This document shows positions 18,410 to 30,200 of a DNA stretch of 64,000 bases, piece by piece. The notes under the pieces are model-generated. The model had not been told where the DNA came from and ran no database searches. It worked only from the letters and a program-made list of their open reading frames with translations. Position 1 is the stretch's first letter; each line of letters starts with the position of its first letter. Source of the DNA: a virus; the IMG/VR virus record IMGVR_UViG_3300008110_000034, positions 96,001-160,000 of that record; one strand, given 5' to 3'. Made by a program: the position numbers and the translations under genes.

Positions 18410-19045
18410 ATGACAATAACATCATACCTAAGAGAAAATTTATCGTTTGATCAGGCGAAGATTATCGTTGAGTCTGATCCGCACGATGGCAAAAATCTTT
18501 ACATGAAAGGTATTTGCATTCAGGGCGGAATTAGAAATCAAAATCAACGAGTTTATCCTGTAAACGAGATCGGCAAGGCTGTCAAGACCCTCAATGATCA
18601 AATCGGCGGTGGATATTCGGTTTTAGGTGAAGTTGATCATCCTGACGATTTGAAAGTAAATTTGGACAGAGTTAGCCACATGATTACTGAGATGTGGATG
18701 GACGGTCCAAATGGTTATGGAAAATTAAAGATTCTACCTACCCCAATGGGCCAATTAGTTAAGACCATGTTGGAGAGTGGAGTCAAATTAGGAGTATCGA
18801 GTCGCGGATCCGGAAACGTCAAAGAAGACGGTTCCGGTGAAGTGTCAGATTTTGAGATCATCACAGTTGATGTGGTGGCTCAACCAAGTGCTCCAGGCGC
18901 TTACCCTACACCAATTTATGAACATTTGATGAATACCCGAGGAGGGTATCGCAGCATACGTGTTGCTAAAGAGGTGCAAGGTGACCCTAGAGCGCAGCAG
19001 TATCTCAAAGAGAGCTTATTAGGTATAATAAGCAAACTCCAATAA
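18410..19045 (+). CDS. gp21: Prohead protease
   Basis: NQNQRVYP, LGEVDHP, LDRVSHMI, LGVSSRGSG (catalytic Ser), DVVAQPSAPGAY. Confidence 0.95.
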   Translation: MTITSYLRENLSFDQAKIIVESDPHDGKNLYMKGICIQGGIRNQNQRVYPVNEIGKAVKTLNDQIGGGYSVLGEVDHPDDLKVNLDRVSHMITEMWMDGPNGYGKLKILPTPMGQLVKTMLESGVKLGVSSRGSGNVKEDGSGEVSDFEIITVDVVAQPSAPGAYPTPIYEHLMNTRGGYRSIRVAKEVQGDPRAQQYLKESLLGIISKLQ

Positions 19046-19057
19046 AAGGAGAATCAC

Positions 19058-20152
19058 ATGTTGGAAGCACTAAAAACCCTGATGGAAAACAATGTGATTT
19101 CGGAAGAGATCAAAGCAGAGATTGAGGCTGCTTGGGATGCGAGACTTACAGAGAATCGCGAACAAGTAACCCAACAACTACGCGAAGAATTTGCACAACG
19201 CTATGAGCATGACAAAGAAGTTATGGTGGAAGCCATTGACCGTATGTTAACTGATAGACTAGCAGAAGAAATCGCAGAGTTTGAAGATGATCGCAGAGGC
19301 TTAGCAGAAGCAAAAGCCAAGTATGCAGTTAAAATGAAAAAAGATGCTGAAAAAGTGAAAGAGTTTATTGCTCGTCAACTAGCAGCTGAAGTTCGTGAAT
19401 TGCATGAAGATCAAGTTCAAATGGCTGACAAGTTTATGAAACTTGAAAGCTTTGTTGTCGAAGCTTTGGCTCAAGAAATTGCAGAATTTTACGCAGACAA
19501 ACAAGACCTAGCAGAGACTAAAGTACGAGTAGTACGCGAAGGTCGTGAGCAATTTGAAAAGATTAAAGAGGCATTTATTAAGAGAGCAGCAAAATTAGTT
19601 GAAGCTACAGTTGAAAAAGGTCTAACTCAAGAACTAAAACAACTGAAAGAAGATATCGATGTTGCTCGTAAAAATGATTTTGGACGTAAAGTGTTTGAAG
19701 CATTCGCTAGCGAATACCAAACAAGTTACCTAAGCGAAAAATCAGAAACATCAAAACTGCTAAAAATCGTAGACAAAAAAGATTTAGAAGTTGCTGAAGC
19801 TAAAGCAAGAGCAGCAGAAGCACAAAAAATTGTCGAAGGTAAAAATGCAGAAATTAAAGCTCTTATGGAGAGCAAAGAACGTCAATCAGCAATGAACGAA
19901 TTATTAAGTCCGCTAAGTGCAGACCATAAAGAAATCATGGTTGAATTGTTAGAAAGCGTACAGACATCAAAACTACATGATAGTTTTAATAAGTACCTAC
20001 CAGCCGTAATAGCTGGCAATGCTCCACAGAAGAAACAGGCACTTGTCGAGGCAAAAGAAGTTACAGGTAACAAAAACGAAAATCAATTCGGTAGTAGCGA
20101 GAACGACTCAAATATTGTAGATATACGACGTCTCGCTGGATTAAAAATTTAA
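19058..20152 (+). CDS. gp22: Prohead core scaffolding protein
   Basis: 364 aa Glu/Lys/Ala coiled coil between protease and capsid genes; SD GGAG. Confidence 0.8.
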   Translation: MLEALKTLMENNVISEEIKAEIEAAWDARLTENREQVTQQLREEFAQRYEHDKEVMVEAIDRMLTDRLAEEIAEFEDDRRGLAEAKAKYAVKMKKDAEKVKEFIARQLAAEVRELHEDQVQMADKFMKLESFVVEALAQEIAEFYADKQDLAETKVRVVREGREQFEKIKEAFIKRAAKLVEATVEKGLTQELKQLKEDIDVARKNDFGRKVFEAFASEYQTSYLSEKSETSKLLKIVDKKDLEVAEAKARAAEAQKIVEGKNAEIKALMESKERQSAMNELLSPLSADHKEIMVELLESVQTSKLHDSFNKYLPAVIAGNAPQKKQALVEAKEVTGNKNENQFGSSENDSNIVDIRRLAGLKI

Positions 20153-20163
20153 GGAGAAATTAA

Positions 20164-21330
20164 ATGTCAGAACTACTACACGGCCGTTGGAATGAAACAA
20201 GAGAGGCCCTTTTAGAAGGTCTTTCCGGCACTCGTAGATCAACAATGTCAATCACTCTTGAGAATACTCGTAAGTATTTGATGGAGAGTCCTTCTGCTGG
20301 TGCTACTTCTGCTGGAAACGTTGCAACACTGAATCGCGTTATTCTACCGGTTATCCGCCGAGTAATGCCAACAGTTATTGCTAACGAACTAGTTGGTGTA
20401 CAACCAATGACTGGACCTGTTGGTCAAATTCACACTTTACGTGTTCGCTATGCTACAACTTCAGCAGGTGCTGGTGTTGTTGCTGGTGAAGAAGCATTAA
20501 GCCCATTCAAGATTGCTGAAGCATATTCCGGTAACGAAAGTACCGGTAAAGGTGCATCAACAGCAACTCTAGAAGGTGCTGCTGGAAACAAACTAAGCAT
20601 CCAAATCCTAAAGCAAACTGTCGAGGCAAAAACTCGTAAGTTAAGTGCTCGTTGGACTTTTGAAGCTGCTCAAGATGCACAAGCTCAACAAGGCATTGAC
20701 ATCGAAGCAGAAATCATGGCTGCTTTAGCACAAGAAATTACCGCTGAAATCGATCAAGAAGTTCTAGCTAGTCTAACAACTCTTGCTGGTTCAGCTGTTG
20801 AAACATACAACCAAGCTGCTGTATCAGGTACAGCTACATTCGTTGGTGACGAACACGCTGCATTAGCTGTTCAAATCAATCGTGTTGCTAACTTGATCGC
20901 TCAGCGTACACGTCGCGGTGCTGGTAACTGGGCAGTTGTTAGCCCAACAGCATTAACAATCCTTCAAAGTGCTACAACTTCTGCGTTCGCAAGAACAACA
21001 GAAGGTACATTCGAAGCACCTACAAACACTAAGTTTGTTGGTACATTGAACAGTGCAATGAAGATCTATGTAAACAGCTATGCAACTACTGATAACGTTC
21101 TAGTTGGTTACAAAGGTACAAGCGAAAGTGATGCTGCTGCATTCTACTGCCCATATATTCCATTAATGAGCAGTGGTGTTGTTCTAGATCCAGCAACATT
21201 CGAACCAGTCGTAAGCTTTATGACTCGTTATGGATATGTTGAATTAAGCAACACAGCAAGTTCTTTAGGTAACGCAGCTGACTACCTAGGTCTTGTTAAC
21301 ATCACTACAGCTAACGTTAAGTTTAGCTAA
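20164..21330 (+). CDS. gp23: Major capsid protein
   Basis: LPVIRRVMP...ELVGVQPMTGPVGQI, AKTRKLSARWTFEAAQD, AAFYCPYIPL, FMTRYG: gp23 family motifs. Confidence 0.96.
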   Translation: MSELLHGRWNETREALLEGLSGTRRSTMSITLENTRKYLMESPSAGATSAGNVATLNRVILPVIRRVMPTVIANELVGVQPMTGPVGQIHTLRVRYATTSAGAGVVAGEEALSPFKIAEAYSGNESTGKGASTATLEGAAGNKLSIQILKQTVEAKTRKLSARWTFEAAQDAQAQQGIDIEAEIMAALAQEITAEIDQEVLASLTTLAGSAVETYNQAAVSGTATFVGDEHAALAVQINRVANLIAQRTRRGAGNWAVVSPTALTILQSATTSAFARTTEGTFEAPTNTKFVGTLNSAMKIYVNSYATTDNVLVGYKGTSESDAAAFYCPYIPLMSSGVVLDPATFEPVVSFMTRYGYVELSNTASSLGNAADYLGLVNITTANVKFS

Positions 21331-21365
21331 TCTAAAAACTTTACAAAAGTTTTTAATTTTAAAAA

Positions 21366-21389
21366 GGGCTCTTCGGAGTCCTTTTTTTT
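21366..21389 (+). terminator. Rho-independent terminator with C(UUCG)G tetraloop
   Basis: GGGCTC-TTCG-GAGTCC followed by T8, after the capsid gene. Confidence 0.9.
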
Positions 21390-21403
21390 AGGTAAATATT
21401 TTT

Positions 21404-21916
21404 ATGCTTACTGAAATTAGAAAAACCCCACAAACTATTTTTCAAATGCCAACCGGCGACGACAATGTAAATTGGACAAACTTAGATGCAATAAAAAGAC
21501 CTGATGGGTTTGCACTTACTGATAAAGAATTATACTATATTTCTGGAGTCACTAATGTAAGTTTTAGAAATTCTGCAGCACAAGTCTGGGCAACAGAATT
21601 TAATTTTGAAAATTTAGGTACTATTTTAGGAATAGAAGTTCAACTAGTTACACAACGTCTTTCAAGAATACAAGATAAACTTATATCTTTATGTTATCAA
21701 GATCAAATCATAGAGGAAAACAAGTTTAATCTTAAAGCTGAAAATGATCAAACTTACGGATCAAATAACGATCTATGGGGCAGAGTTTGGACAGCCGAAG
21801 AAATCCAAGATCCATCGTTTGGTGTAGTAATAGAACTACAACCTCATTTATTTTACCCCCACAGTGAGCTAGGTCTAATAGATTTTATAGCTATTAAAAT
21901 ATACCACGATTCGTAG
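21404..21916 (+). CDS. Hypothetical protein (possible virion beta-sandwich protein)
   Basis: 170 aa ORF after TAAATA 21393-98; no motif recognised. Confidence 0.55.
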   Translation: MLTEIRKTPQTIFQMPTGDDNVNWTNLDAIKRPDGFALTDKELYYISGVTNVSFRNSAAQVWATEFNFENLGTILGIEVQLVTQRLSRIQDKLISLCYQDQIIEENKFNLKAENDQTYGSNNDLWGRVWTAEEIQDPSFGVVIELQPHLFYPHSELGLIDFIAIKIYHDS

Positions 21917-21931
21917 AAATCTCCGCACGGA

Positions 21932-22020
21932 TAAATACTATGTCTATTATAGAACTCAGCAATGAGACTTATGCGGTAGCCCGCCGCGTAGACTTAGAAC
22001 GTCAACATAAAGGAGAAAAC
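21932..22020 (+). promoter_or_regulatory. Late promoter plus structured 5' leader
   Basis: TAAATA 21932-37; CTCA-GCAA-TGAG (GNRA hairpin, 21955-66); GCGG-TAGC-CCGC (21973-84); GTCTA/TAGAC closing helix (21942-46/21989-93); SD AAGGAG near 22010. Confidence 0.45.
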
Positions 22021-22022
22021 AA

Positions 22023-22439
22023 ATGGGACGCCCTCTTAACAAAAGACACTTCGGGTCTTTAAGCAACGAAAATCCAGATCAATCAATCAAATGTAACTTC
22101 CACGATGGAACTGCTATTAGACAGGATAGAAATATTCTAAAGCAGACAAGTCGTAATAAATTTGCTTGTAAAAACAATACCACAGGTTCTAACTCAGCCG
22201 TTACTACAATTGAAGCAGAAATAACTGCTGGTACAGCATTTGTCTGTACTAATGTTGACGTAGCAACTGGTTCATTAACTGCTGGACAAATGAATATTAT
22301 TGGTGCCGTAGTTGGCGCAGGATCTGTTAGAGTTAAAAGACTAACAGCGCACTATGCATACGACTGGAGTGACAATCGTTATACATGGACTGTTGACGAC
22401 GATTCAACATCGACACAGTTAACATTAACCGCAGTATAA
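22023..22439 (+). CDS. Hypothetical virion-associated protein
   Basis: 138 aa starting MGRPLNKRHFG; strong SD; first gene of the fibre block. Confidence 0.6.
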   Translation: MGRPLNKRHFGSLSNENPDQSIKCNFHDGTAIRQDRNILKQTSRNKFACKNNTTGSNSAVTTIEAEITAGTAFVCTNVDVATGSLTAGQMNIIGAVVGAGSVRVKRLTAHYAYDWSDNRYTWTVDDDSTSTQLTLTAV

Positions 22440-22452
22440 TTAGGAAATAAAC

Positions 22453-23445
22453 ATGTCAAAGATAGTTAGAGTAACTGGCGGCGACTACAAAATAGTCGTT
22501 GATAATGGTAGTAGTATATTTTTAGATACGTCGGACGGAAATGGGCTTATTACCGTAAACGGCGATCTATTAGTTACCGGATCAACGACTACAGTTCAGT
22601 CAACTAATCTAACTGTCACTGACAATGTTATTGAAATTAATGCCGGCGAACAAGGTAACGGAGTTTCTCAAAACGGGAACTCTGCCGGTGTTAATATTCA
22701 ACGTGGTGCGTACAGCGATGCAAGATTATTGTTTAAAGAAACAGAATCTCATTACGATCCTTCAACTGCTCTAACTACTTTTGGTACATGGGTTTTTGAG
22801 GAAGCTGACGGATCTTTATTAGGTATTAAAACTAACAGCATTAAAACAGGAACCAATCAAGATCTAAATCTTATAGGTAACGGTACTGGAGTTATAACAG
22901 TTAAAAATACAGTTAACTACGAACAACAAGTTATTAACTATAGTGCGATTCCGTATACAAGTAAAGGCGATGATATAGTTCCAAACATGAAAGCATTAGT
23001 AGATTATGTACAATCTTATGTAACTAATACTACTAGTGATAGAATAAAATCAGGAAGCAATCCGTTAATTACATCAGTTCAAGTAACAGATACTGGCGCA
23101 GTATCTTTAGCAAATAAAGTTGATTTTCTAGTACACGGAGTACAGAAAGCCTTTATTAACTCAACTGGTCTTAATGTAAACAATTTAAATTTATCTAGCA
23201 GTACTGTTACAACTACTACAGGTAATTTAATTATTACAGCAACTACAAATAATATTGATTTTGATGCTTATATGAATTTAGAAAATCAAGCATCTGACCC
23301 TGCACTAAGAGCTGGCTACAAAAAGATTTACGCAAAAGCAGGAGAAGGCAACGGCGGCACAGGATTATATTTTATTAACGAAGGCGGAACAACAGATGAA
23401 TTAATCAGTAAAACAAAATCTTTGTTGTACTCATTAATTTTATAA
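22453..23445 (+). CDS. Tail fibre/baseplate-associated structural protein
   Basis: Gly/Thr/Asn-rich; GDLLVTGSTTTVQSTNLTVTDNVIEIN fibre motif; ends DELISKTKSLLYSLIL. Confidence 0.65.
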   Translation: MSKIVRVTGGDYKIVVDNGSSIFLDTSDGNGLITVNGDLLVTGSTTTVQSTNLTVTDNVIEINAGEQGNGVSQNGNSAGVNIQRGAYSDARLLFKETESHYDPSTALTTFGTWVFEEADGSLLGIKTNSIKTGTNQDLNLIGNGTGVITVKNTVNYEQQVINYSAIPYTSKGDDIVPNMKALVDYVQSYVTNTTSDRIKSGSNPLITSVQVTDTGAVSLANKVDFLVHGVQKAFINSTGLNVNNLNLSSSTVTTTTGNLIITATTNNIDFDAYMNLENQASDPALRAGYKKIYAKAGEGNGGTGLYFINEGGTTDELISKTKSLLYSLIL

Positions 23446-23454
23446 GGAATTCAA

Positions 23455-23772
23455 ATGGCAATTAAAAACACACTTTTAACTGGAAGTAATCAAAACATAA
23501 TTCCTACAATTGCAGCAGGTACTAGTATTGCAGTGACTACAGTATTTTTATGTAATAATAGTGGTGCAGGTGTAACCGTAGACTTATATGTTTGCGAGCC
23601 ATCAGCATCACCTAGTGCAACTAATATAGTATTGAGTGCTGTACCAATTGATCCAAACGATACATTTGTGTTTTCAGCAGAAAGAATGATTTTATCAACC
23701 AACAGTTCTATTCAAGCTAGTTGTTCAACACCTAGCGTAGTAGCAGCGACAGTGAGTTATGTGGATATTTAA
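23455..23772 (+). CDS. Small beta-rich fibre accessory protein
   Basis: 105 aa, all-beta composition, within the fibre operon. Confidence 0.55.
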   Translation: MAIKNTLLTGSNQNIIPTIAAGTSIAVTTVFLCNNSGAGVTVDLYVCEPSASPSATNIVLSAVPIDPNDTFVFSAERMILSTNSSIQASCSTPSVVAATVSYVDI

Positions 23773-23774
23773 TT

Positions 23775-24269
23775 ATGGCAGGTACACTATTAAGACAAAG
23801 TTTAAGTGGTAATTTAATAACTGCTAACAGACTAGTAGTTACGTCTGACGGCAATATTGAGCTAAATCCAACTTCAACAGTAACAGTAAATGGCGGTTTA
23901 CTAGTTGCAAACACTATTCAAGCATCATCATTAACTTTATCTGGGACAATATCTGCAACTGGCGGACTGATTGGAGACTTAATAGGTTCAGTATTTGCTG
24001 ACGATTCAACTACAATTATTGACGGACTGACCGGTAATGTATATGCAACCGAATTAAGTTTAGGAACAGATTTAGCAGTGCAATATGGAGGCACTGGCGC
24101 TGGAACATTTACAGCGAACGGTATAATATTTGGAAACACTACTGGCGCATTACAAGTTACTGCCGCTAGTAATCCAGGATCAAATGCCACAACAAGTTAT
24201 GGAATTTTAACCACTGACGGTTCAAACATACCAACATGGACAGACGTCATTGACGGAGGAACAATTTAA
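23775..24269 (+). CDS. Short tail-fibre module protein
   Basis: DLIGSVFADDSTTIIDG, LAVQYGGTG and IDGGTI fibre motifs. Confidence 0.6.
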   Translation: MAGTLLRQSLSGNLITANRLVVTSDGNIELNPTSTVTVNGGLLVANTIQASSLTLSGTISATGGLIGDLIGSVFADDSTTIIDGLTGNVYATELSLGTDLAVQYGGTGAGTFTANGIIFGNTTGALQVTAASNPGSNATTSYGILTTDGSNIPTWTDVIDGGTI

Positions 24270-27200
24270 TGTCAACTCGTATTAGACACAAACGGTCAAC
24301 AACATCTGGTGTAGCTCCCACAGGCGTGCAACTTGACACTGGAGAATTTGTAATTAATACGGCTGACGGTAAAGTTTTCATTAAAAAAGAAGATACAACT
24401 GTTAGTGATATTACAAAACGATCATTCCAAGGCGACACAAAAATAGAAGCTTACGATGATGGTGTTACAACAAGCAATATTAAGGCTACAATTGACGGCG
24501 CTGATCAACTTATCATAACCCCAACAGAAGTCCAATCGCACGGCGACATTGTAGTCGAAAATGCCAACAGTATAAAATTAAGTGAACTTACTGCCAATGG
24601 CTCCAATTATATAGGCATCAAAGCACCTGACACTCTTATTGCAGATTACACCTTAACATTACCTACAGCAACAGGATCTATTGGACAAGTATTAGGAACT
24701 GATGGATCAGGTAATCTTAGTTTTAGAGATGTAGATACATTTGGCGGTAATAGAATTTATGTGTCAGATGCTAAAGGTAACGATTTAAATGACGGAGTTA
24801 GTGCTCCGGTTAAAACTGTTAAACGTGCGCTACAACTAGCTTCGGCACTTGTTTACACGTCGGGGGGAGCAGTTAACGGTACTAGAGTAATTGTTTCAGT
24901 AGCAGCCGGCGACTATTCTGAAGACAACCCAATTATTGTACCAGACAATGTTGTTGTTAAAGGTGACGGTCTAAGAAGTTGTATTATTAGACCACTGAAT
25001 GCAAATAAAGATATGTTACGTGTGCGTAACGGTTGTTATTTTGCAGAAATGACATTTAGAGATGCAGTTGATGCCAGCTTTGTTCCGCAATTTACATGGG
25101 ACTATACAGTATCGTTTGACGATTACACCGATGCAGGTACTAGCAGAGTAGGTTACACATATCTACCAAGCACAAAACCAGTTATTACAACTTCTCCATA
25201 CATTCAGAACTGTTCTATTATCAGTTTCTTAGGCGGTAATGGTGTATTGATTGACGGTAGTAAAGTTATAGATCCTAACACTTCACCGACCCAGTTAGAA
25301 GTTGAAAATCCCGTAAGCGGTCCGGCACCAAGTCAAGGTAAATCCATGGTTGCTAATGCGTTTACCATGTTAAGTTTTGGCGGTACAGGTTGGCGAGTTA
25401 TTAACGATGCATACTCTCAGATTGTTAGCTGTTTCCAAATTTTCTTACTTAACGGTGTTTACTGTCAAAGCGGCGGCTATGTTTCGATCACTAACTCTGC
25501 TACTAACTTTGGTCTATATGCCTTAAGATCTAGCGGTTACAGTCCTAGTGCATTTGATTTTGATAAGTCGATAGCAGTTGCTACAGGTACAGTTGACGGT
25601 TTTCAGACTTTAGAAATAATCGGGTTAGGACGAGCAGGTCCTCCAATTGAACAATTTGTAATCAGAGTCAGAGACGGCTCAAATGTTGACATTACCAGCA
25701 GTTTTGCACCAGCAACTACTACAGTGTCATTTAATTCTGCTACTGCTGTAGATACTGTAACAAATATTTTTACAATTAACAGTCACGGATTTTTAAACAC
25801 TGATGCAGTAGTATACGACGCCAATGGCGGAACTATAATTAGTGGGCTTGACGACGAACAAACATATTATATAGGGTATTTGACTGCTAATACATTTAAA
25901 TTATTTTATGATGAAAGTTTAGCATTTGAAGTTAATGTTCTAGCAGTAGGATCAGGAACCCAATACTTTATTACAGGTGTTGAAGAGTTCTTCGTAAATG
26001 ATATCATTGAAGATCATACCACTTATCAAACACTTACACTAGCAGCTGGAGTGTATAATTTTGTTCCAGGAAGAGCAATTACCGGAGTAACCGGAGCCGA
26101 TCCAAACAGTGCATATGTTTATAGTTATGATCCTTTGACCTATGAACTGGTAGTTTCTATTAATAATGTTATCATCGGCTCTAGTACTGTAAGAAAATTA
26201 TTCACAGGATCTAGTACAATTGACGCTGATCATACTAACCCTACTCCAGTGACTTCTATTGGGGTATCGTCAGTTGTGTCAAAAACTGATTTAGGTAGTG
26301 CAAGATTTTCAATTAATTGTACACAAGTTGGCGGAGTATTAACTAATCTAAGCAATTTACCAGAAAATCAAATCTGGTTCCATAGACCAAGTATTGTTAA
26401 TAGTTCAGGACACACCTGGGAATACGCTGGTTCAGGAACAGACTATAATGCGTTACCACAAAACGGCGGTGAAGGCAGAGCAGAATATGAACAAGTTCGA
26501 GAATTACCTGGACGAGTTTATACTTCAGGTACTAACGAACTAGGCGACTTTAAAGTTGGTGATTTTATTACAGCGTTTAACAGAACAGGTAATATTACAT
26601 TTAATAATAAAGTTACTGTAGGTACTTTAGATACTTTAAGATTAAGTTTATCAAATGTTATTATTACAGCGATTTCAACAGATCCTGATTTAGGCGACAA
26701 TGATCCAGGCGGTGCTAGCGACAGTAGACTTAATACTCAGTTAGCTGCTAGATCGTTCATGAACAATAGACTAGGTCCGTTTATTGACCAAAGCGTAAGC
26801 ACAAATGCAATTCCGGGAGCATTAATTCAATTAAATGCTAACGGATTGATCAACAGCGATTTATTACCAGCTACACGAACATTTGTAAGTACAACCGTGC
26901 TTGGTTACGGAGAAAGAGTAAATCAGTGGGAAGATGTTCCTCCGTCAGATTTGTTAAACGGTGATATTACTAGCGAAGAATACGAACAAAGAAATTTAAC
27001 TCTAAGTTCTGCAATAACAGCATCTGATGGTGCAGTAATTACACAGGCAGTTACTGGAGCAACAGGATATTTAAAAGGGTCAGTAACTAGTTCGACTAGC
27101 ATTGTAGTTGCAAGTACAAGAGATACTTTTAATGCAACATTTAATGCTGTAAACAATTTAACTATTAACGGGGATGCAACTCCGTCAGATACTAACACTG

Positions 27201-30200
27201 CGGTTAATCCTACCGTTGTGGGATCAACAAGTGCAACGGTTGACAATTATTTCTTAGCCTATAGCTTAGAAAGTCAGTTCTTAAAACTTAATACATCGGG
27301 CACTTATAATTTTACTAACGTATCTATTAGCACCGTTGCTAGAAATGGTAGTAATGTAGCTACCATTGTTACTGCTACAAATCATAATTTAGCTAACGAT
27401 AGTTTTGTAAAGATTGTATGTAGTGATTCAACATTTGACAGTGTTGCGGAAATTACAGTCGTTGATCCAACAACATTTACCTACACTAATGCAGGAAGTG
27501 TAGTAACAACAACCGCAGCCACAGGAACTGTTCGAAGCGTTATTACTAGTGCATCAACTGGAGCACAGGGCGTACTAACTGAATATAGACCAGGCGCAGT
27601 TGCAACAGTTAACAATGCAGGCTTAACAGCAGGTTCAGGATATTTAACTGCCGGAATTTATAGAAGTGTATCATTAACTACTAGCGGAGCAGGAACCGGA
27701 GCAAAAGCCGATATTACTGTATCTGCCGGTGGCGCAGTTACTAGTGTTGATATAGTCAGAAGCGGTAGCGGATATATTGTTGGTGATACACTGTCAGCGG
27801 CTGATGCAGATATTGGCGGAAGAAGCGGCGGAACAGCATTTAGTATTACAATATCTCAAATTGAAAAAAGAGCATATGTTGACTTAATTGGCGGCCAAAC
27901 GTTTATTGCAAGCTCAGGAAGTCCAGACTTTGTTGCAGATAACAATGCAACTGTAAACACTATTACATTAACCGGCTCTTTAGCAATTTCTTTCAACGCA
28001 GCGGATATAGGTACAGGTGGCGATGTAACATATGCTACTAGCAAAATTACAAAAACTGGACACGGATTCAATAATGGGGATCCATTAAGATATATAAGTG
28101 CTCCTAATGTCGCTATTGGCGGATTAACAAACAATACCGTTGTATACGCAAAAAGATTAGATGCAGATAATTTAGAATTATACTCAGATTATAATTTATC
28201 AACACAGATTACGTTTACATCATCTAGTAGCGGTACACACAGTCTTACTCGATATGTGATTGATACAGTAAGCAACACAATTGTAATATCATCACACGGG
28301 TTAAGCACAGGCAATGCTATTCAAATTACTGGTGCTAGTCTTTTTAGTATTGATGGTGTTGCAATTAGTTCTGATACTTATTATTTTGTAGGTAGTATAA
28401 CTACAAACAGCTTTACTATTCATACTTTAAGATCCGATGCTTTAATTAGTACCGGTGGATTAGTAACTAATCCTCTAAATATAACTGCGCAAGGCAGCAG
28501 CACTGCACACATAATCACACAAAATGTTCAAGTGGTTGCAATTGTTAATACTAGTTCTAGAACAGCAGGAAACTGGAATAGTTTATCAGCAAGTACTATT
28601 GATGCAAGTAATATTGTAAGCGGAGTAGTAAGTACTTCTAGGCTAGCATCAGCAGGAACTGCTAATAGCTCAACATTCTTAAGAGGCGATAGTTCTTGGG
28701 CCCCAGTTGTACAAAGCGTAGATAAAGCATTAAACAGTCCTTTAACAGTCACTGGCACTGGATCTGGTCCTTATACTGGAACAGTTACATTAGATGTAAA
28801 CAGAGTTGACCTTGCCTTAGCCAGCGGAAACTATTCAAACGAAGGTGTGGCTAGTTTTAATACAGATCAATTTAATGTTGGTACCGTTGGAACTGTTGGT
28901 AAGGTATTCATCAAGGCAGGTGTTATTGACGCTGGCACATTAGACACCTACGACAGCAGTTATTTCTTGGATCCGGGTAATTTAACCAGTGCAGTTCCTA
29001 CATCTAAAGGTGGTACTGCTCTAACCAGTTATGCAACTGGCGATATAATTTATTCTAGCGCAACTAATGTTCTAAGTAAGTTAGCCATTGGTGCTACTGG
29101 AACAGTGCTTGATAGTTCTGGTACCGCACCCCAGTGGAGTCCAAACTTAACGCTAGCAAAAGGACTAACAGTAAATAGCAACTCTATAACAGTTGGCTCA
29201 GTATCAAAAGCATCAATATTTGATACCAATGCTCGGACTGTTAGTGTTGGATCGGCTGCAGGTTCGACCTTTATCGGCGAGTCAAGTACAAGTATTGATT
29301 TAGCATCAGATGTGGTCAGCTATACGGCAGCAACTAGTGTATATGTATCAGTTAACTTAGCAACATTTACAAAAGCCACTAGCGCAACTTCAGGCAACGG
29401 AACTGCAATTTTATTTTTTGCGGATACCACTAGCATACGAGTTGGACAGGTAGTAACAGTAGCAGCAGGTACTATACCAGCAAGTACAACTGTTACTGGA
29501 TTTGGATCCGCCGGGGAAGTTTATCTAAGTGCAACCATTACCAGTTCAATACTGTCAGCGGTAACAGTTACATTCCAAGAAACTCCTGTTAGTGTTGGTA
29601 TAAGCGAGGGCGATTATGTTACGATTGCAGGTTCTACTCTTACTAATTTAGACGGAACATGGCCAGTATACGGTGCATCTGCAGCAGCAAACAGTTTTGT
29701 AATTAATACAAGTAATGTTGTTACTGCATCGGCAGTAACACAACTTGGAACTATTGTTAGAATAAATTCAATTGTATTAAGGACTAGTAGATTAGTAGTA
29801 GGAGCATCGGGAGCAGCAGCGCCTGCATTTGGTGCAACAATCAGAGGTTGCGACGCCATGGGTGTTAACGTCACAGCATCTGATCTAGTAATACAACCAG
29901 GACTAGCAACCGGCTCGGGCACTAGCGGAAATTTTGTTGTTAAAGTTGGTACTGGCGGAGTCACAGGGTTTACACAACATCCTACTGGTACTGCTCGACT
30001 AACAATCAGCAGTACAACAGCAACCTTTGCAACCGATGTTGCAATCAACGGCGGCGATCTTACAACATCAGCATCAACATTTAATATTGGTAATACCGCT
30101 ACTACCACACATACTACAAATTTAGATACTGCTGCCACTGTTAGCGGTGCAACAAAAACTATAAACATTGGAACAGGCGGCGTTAGCGGTTCTACAACAG

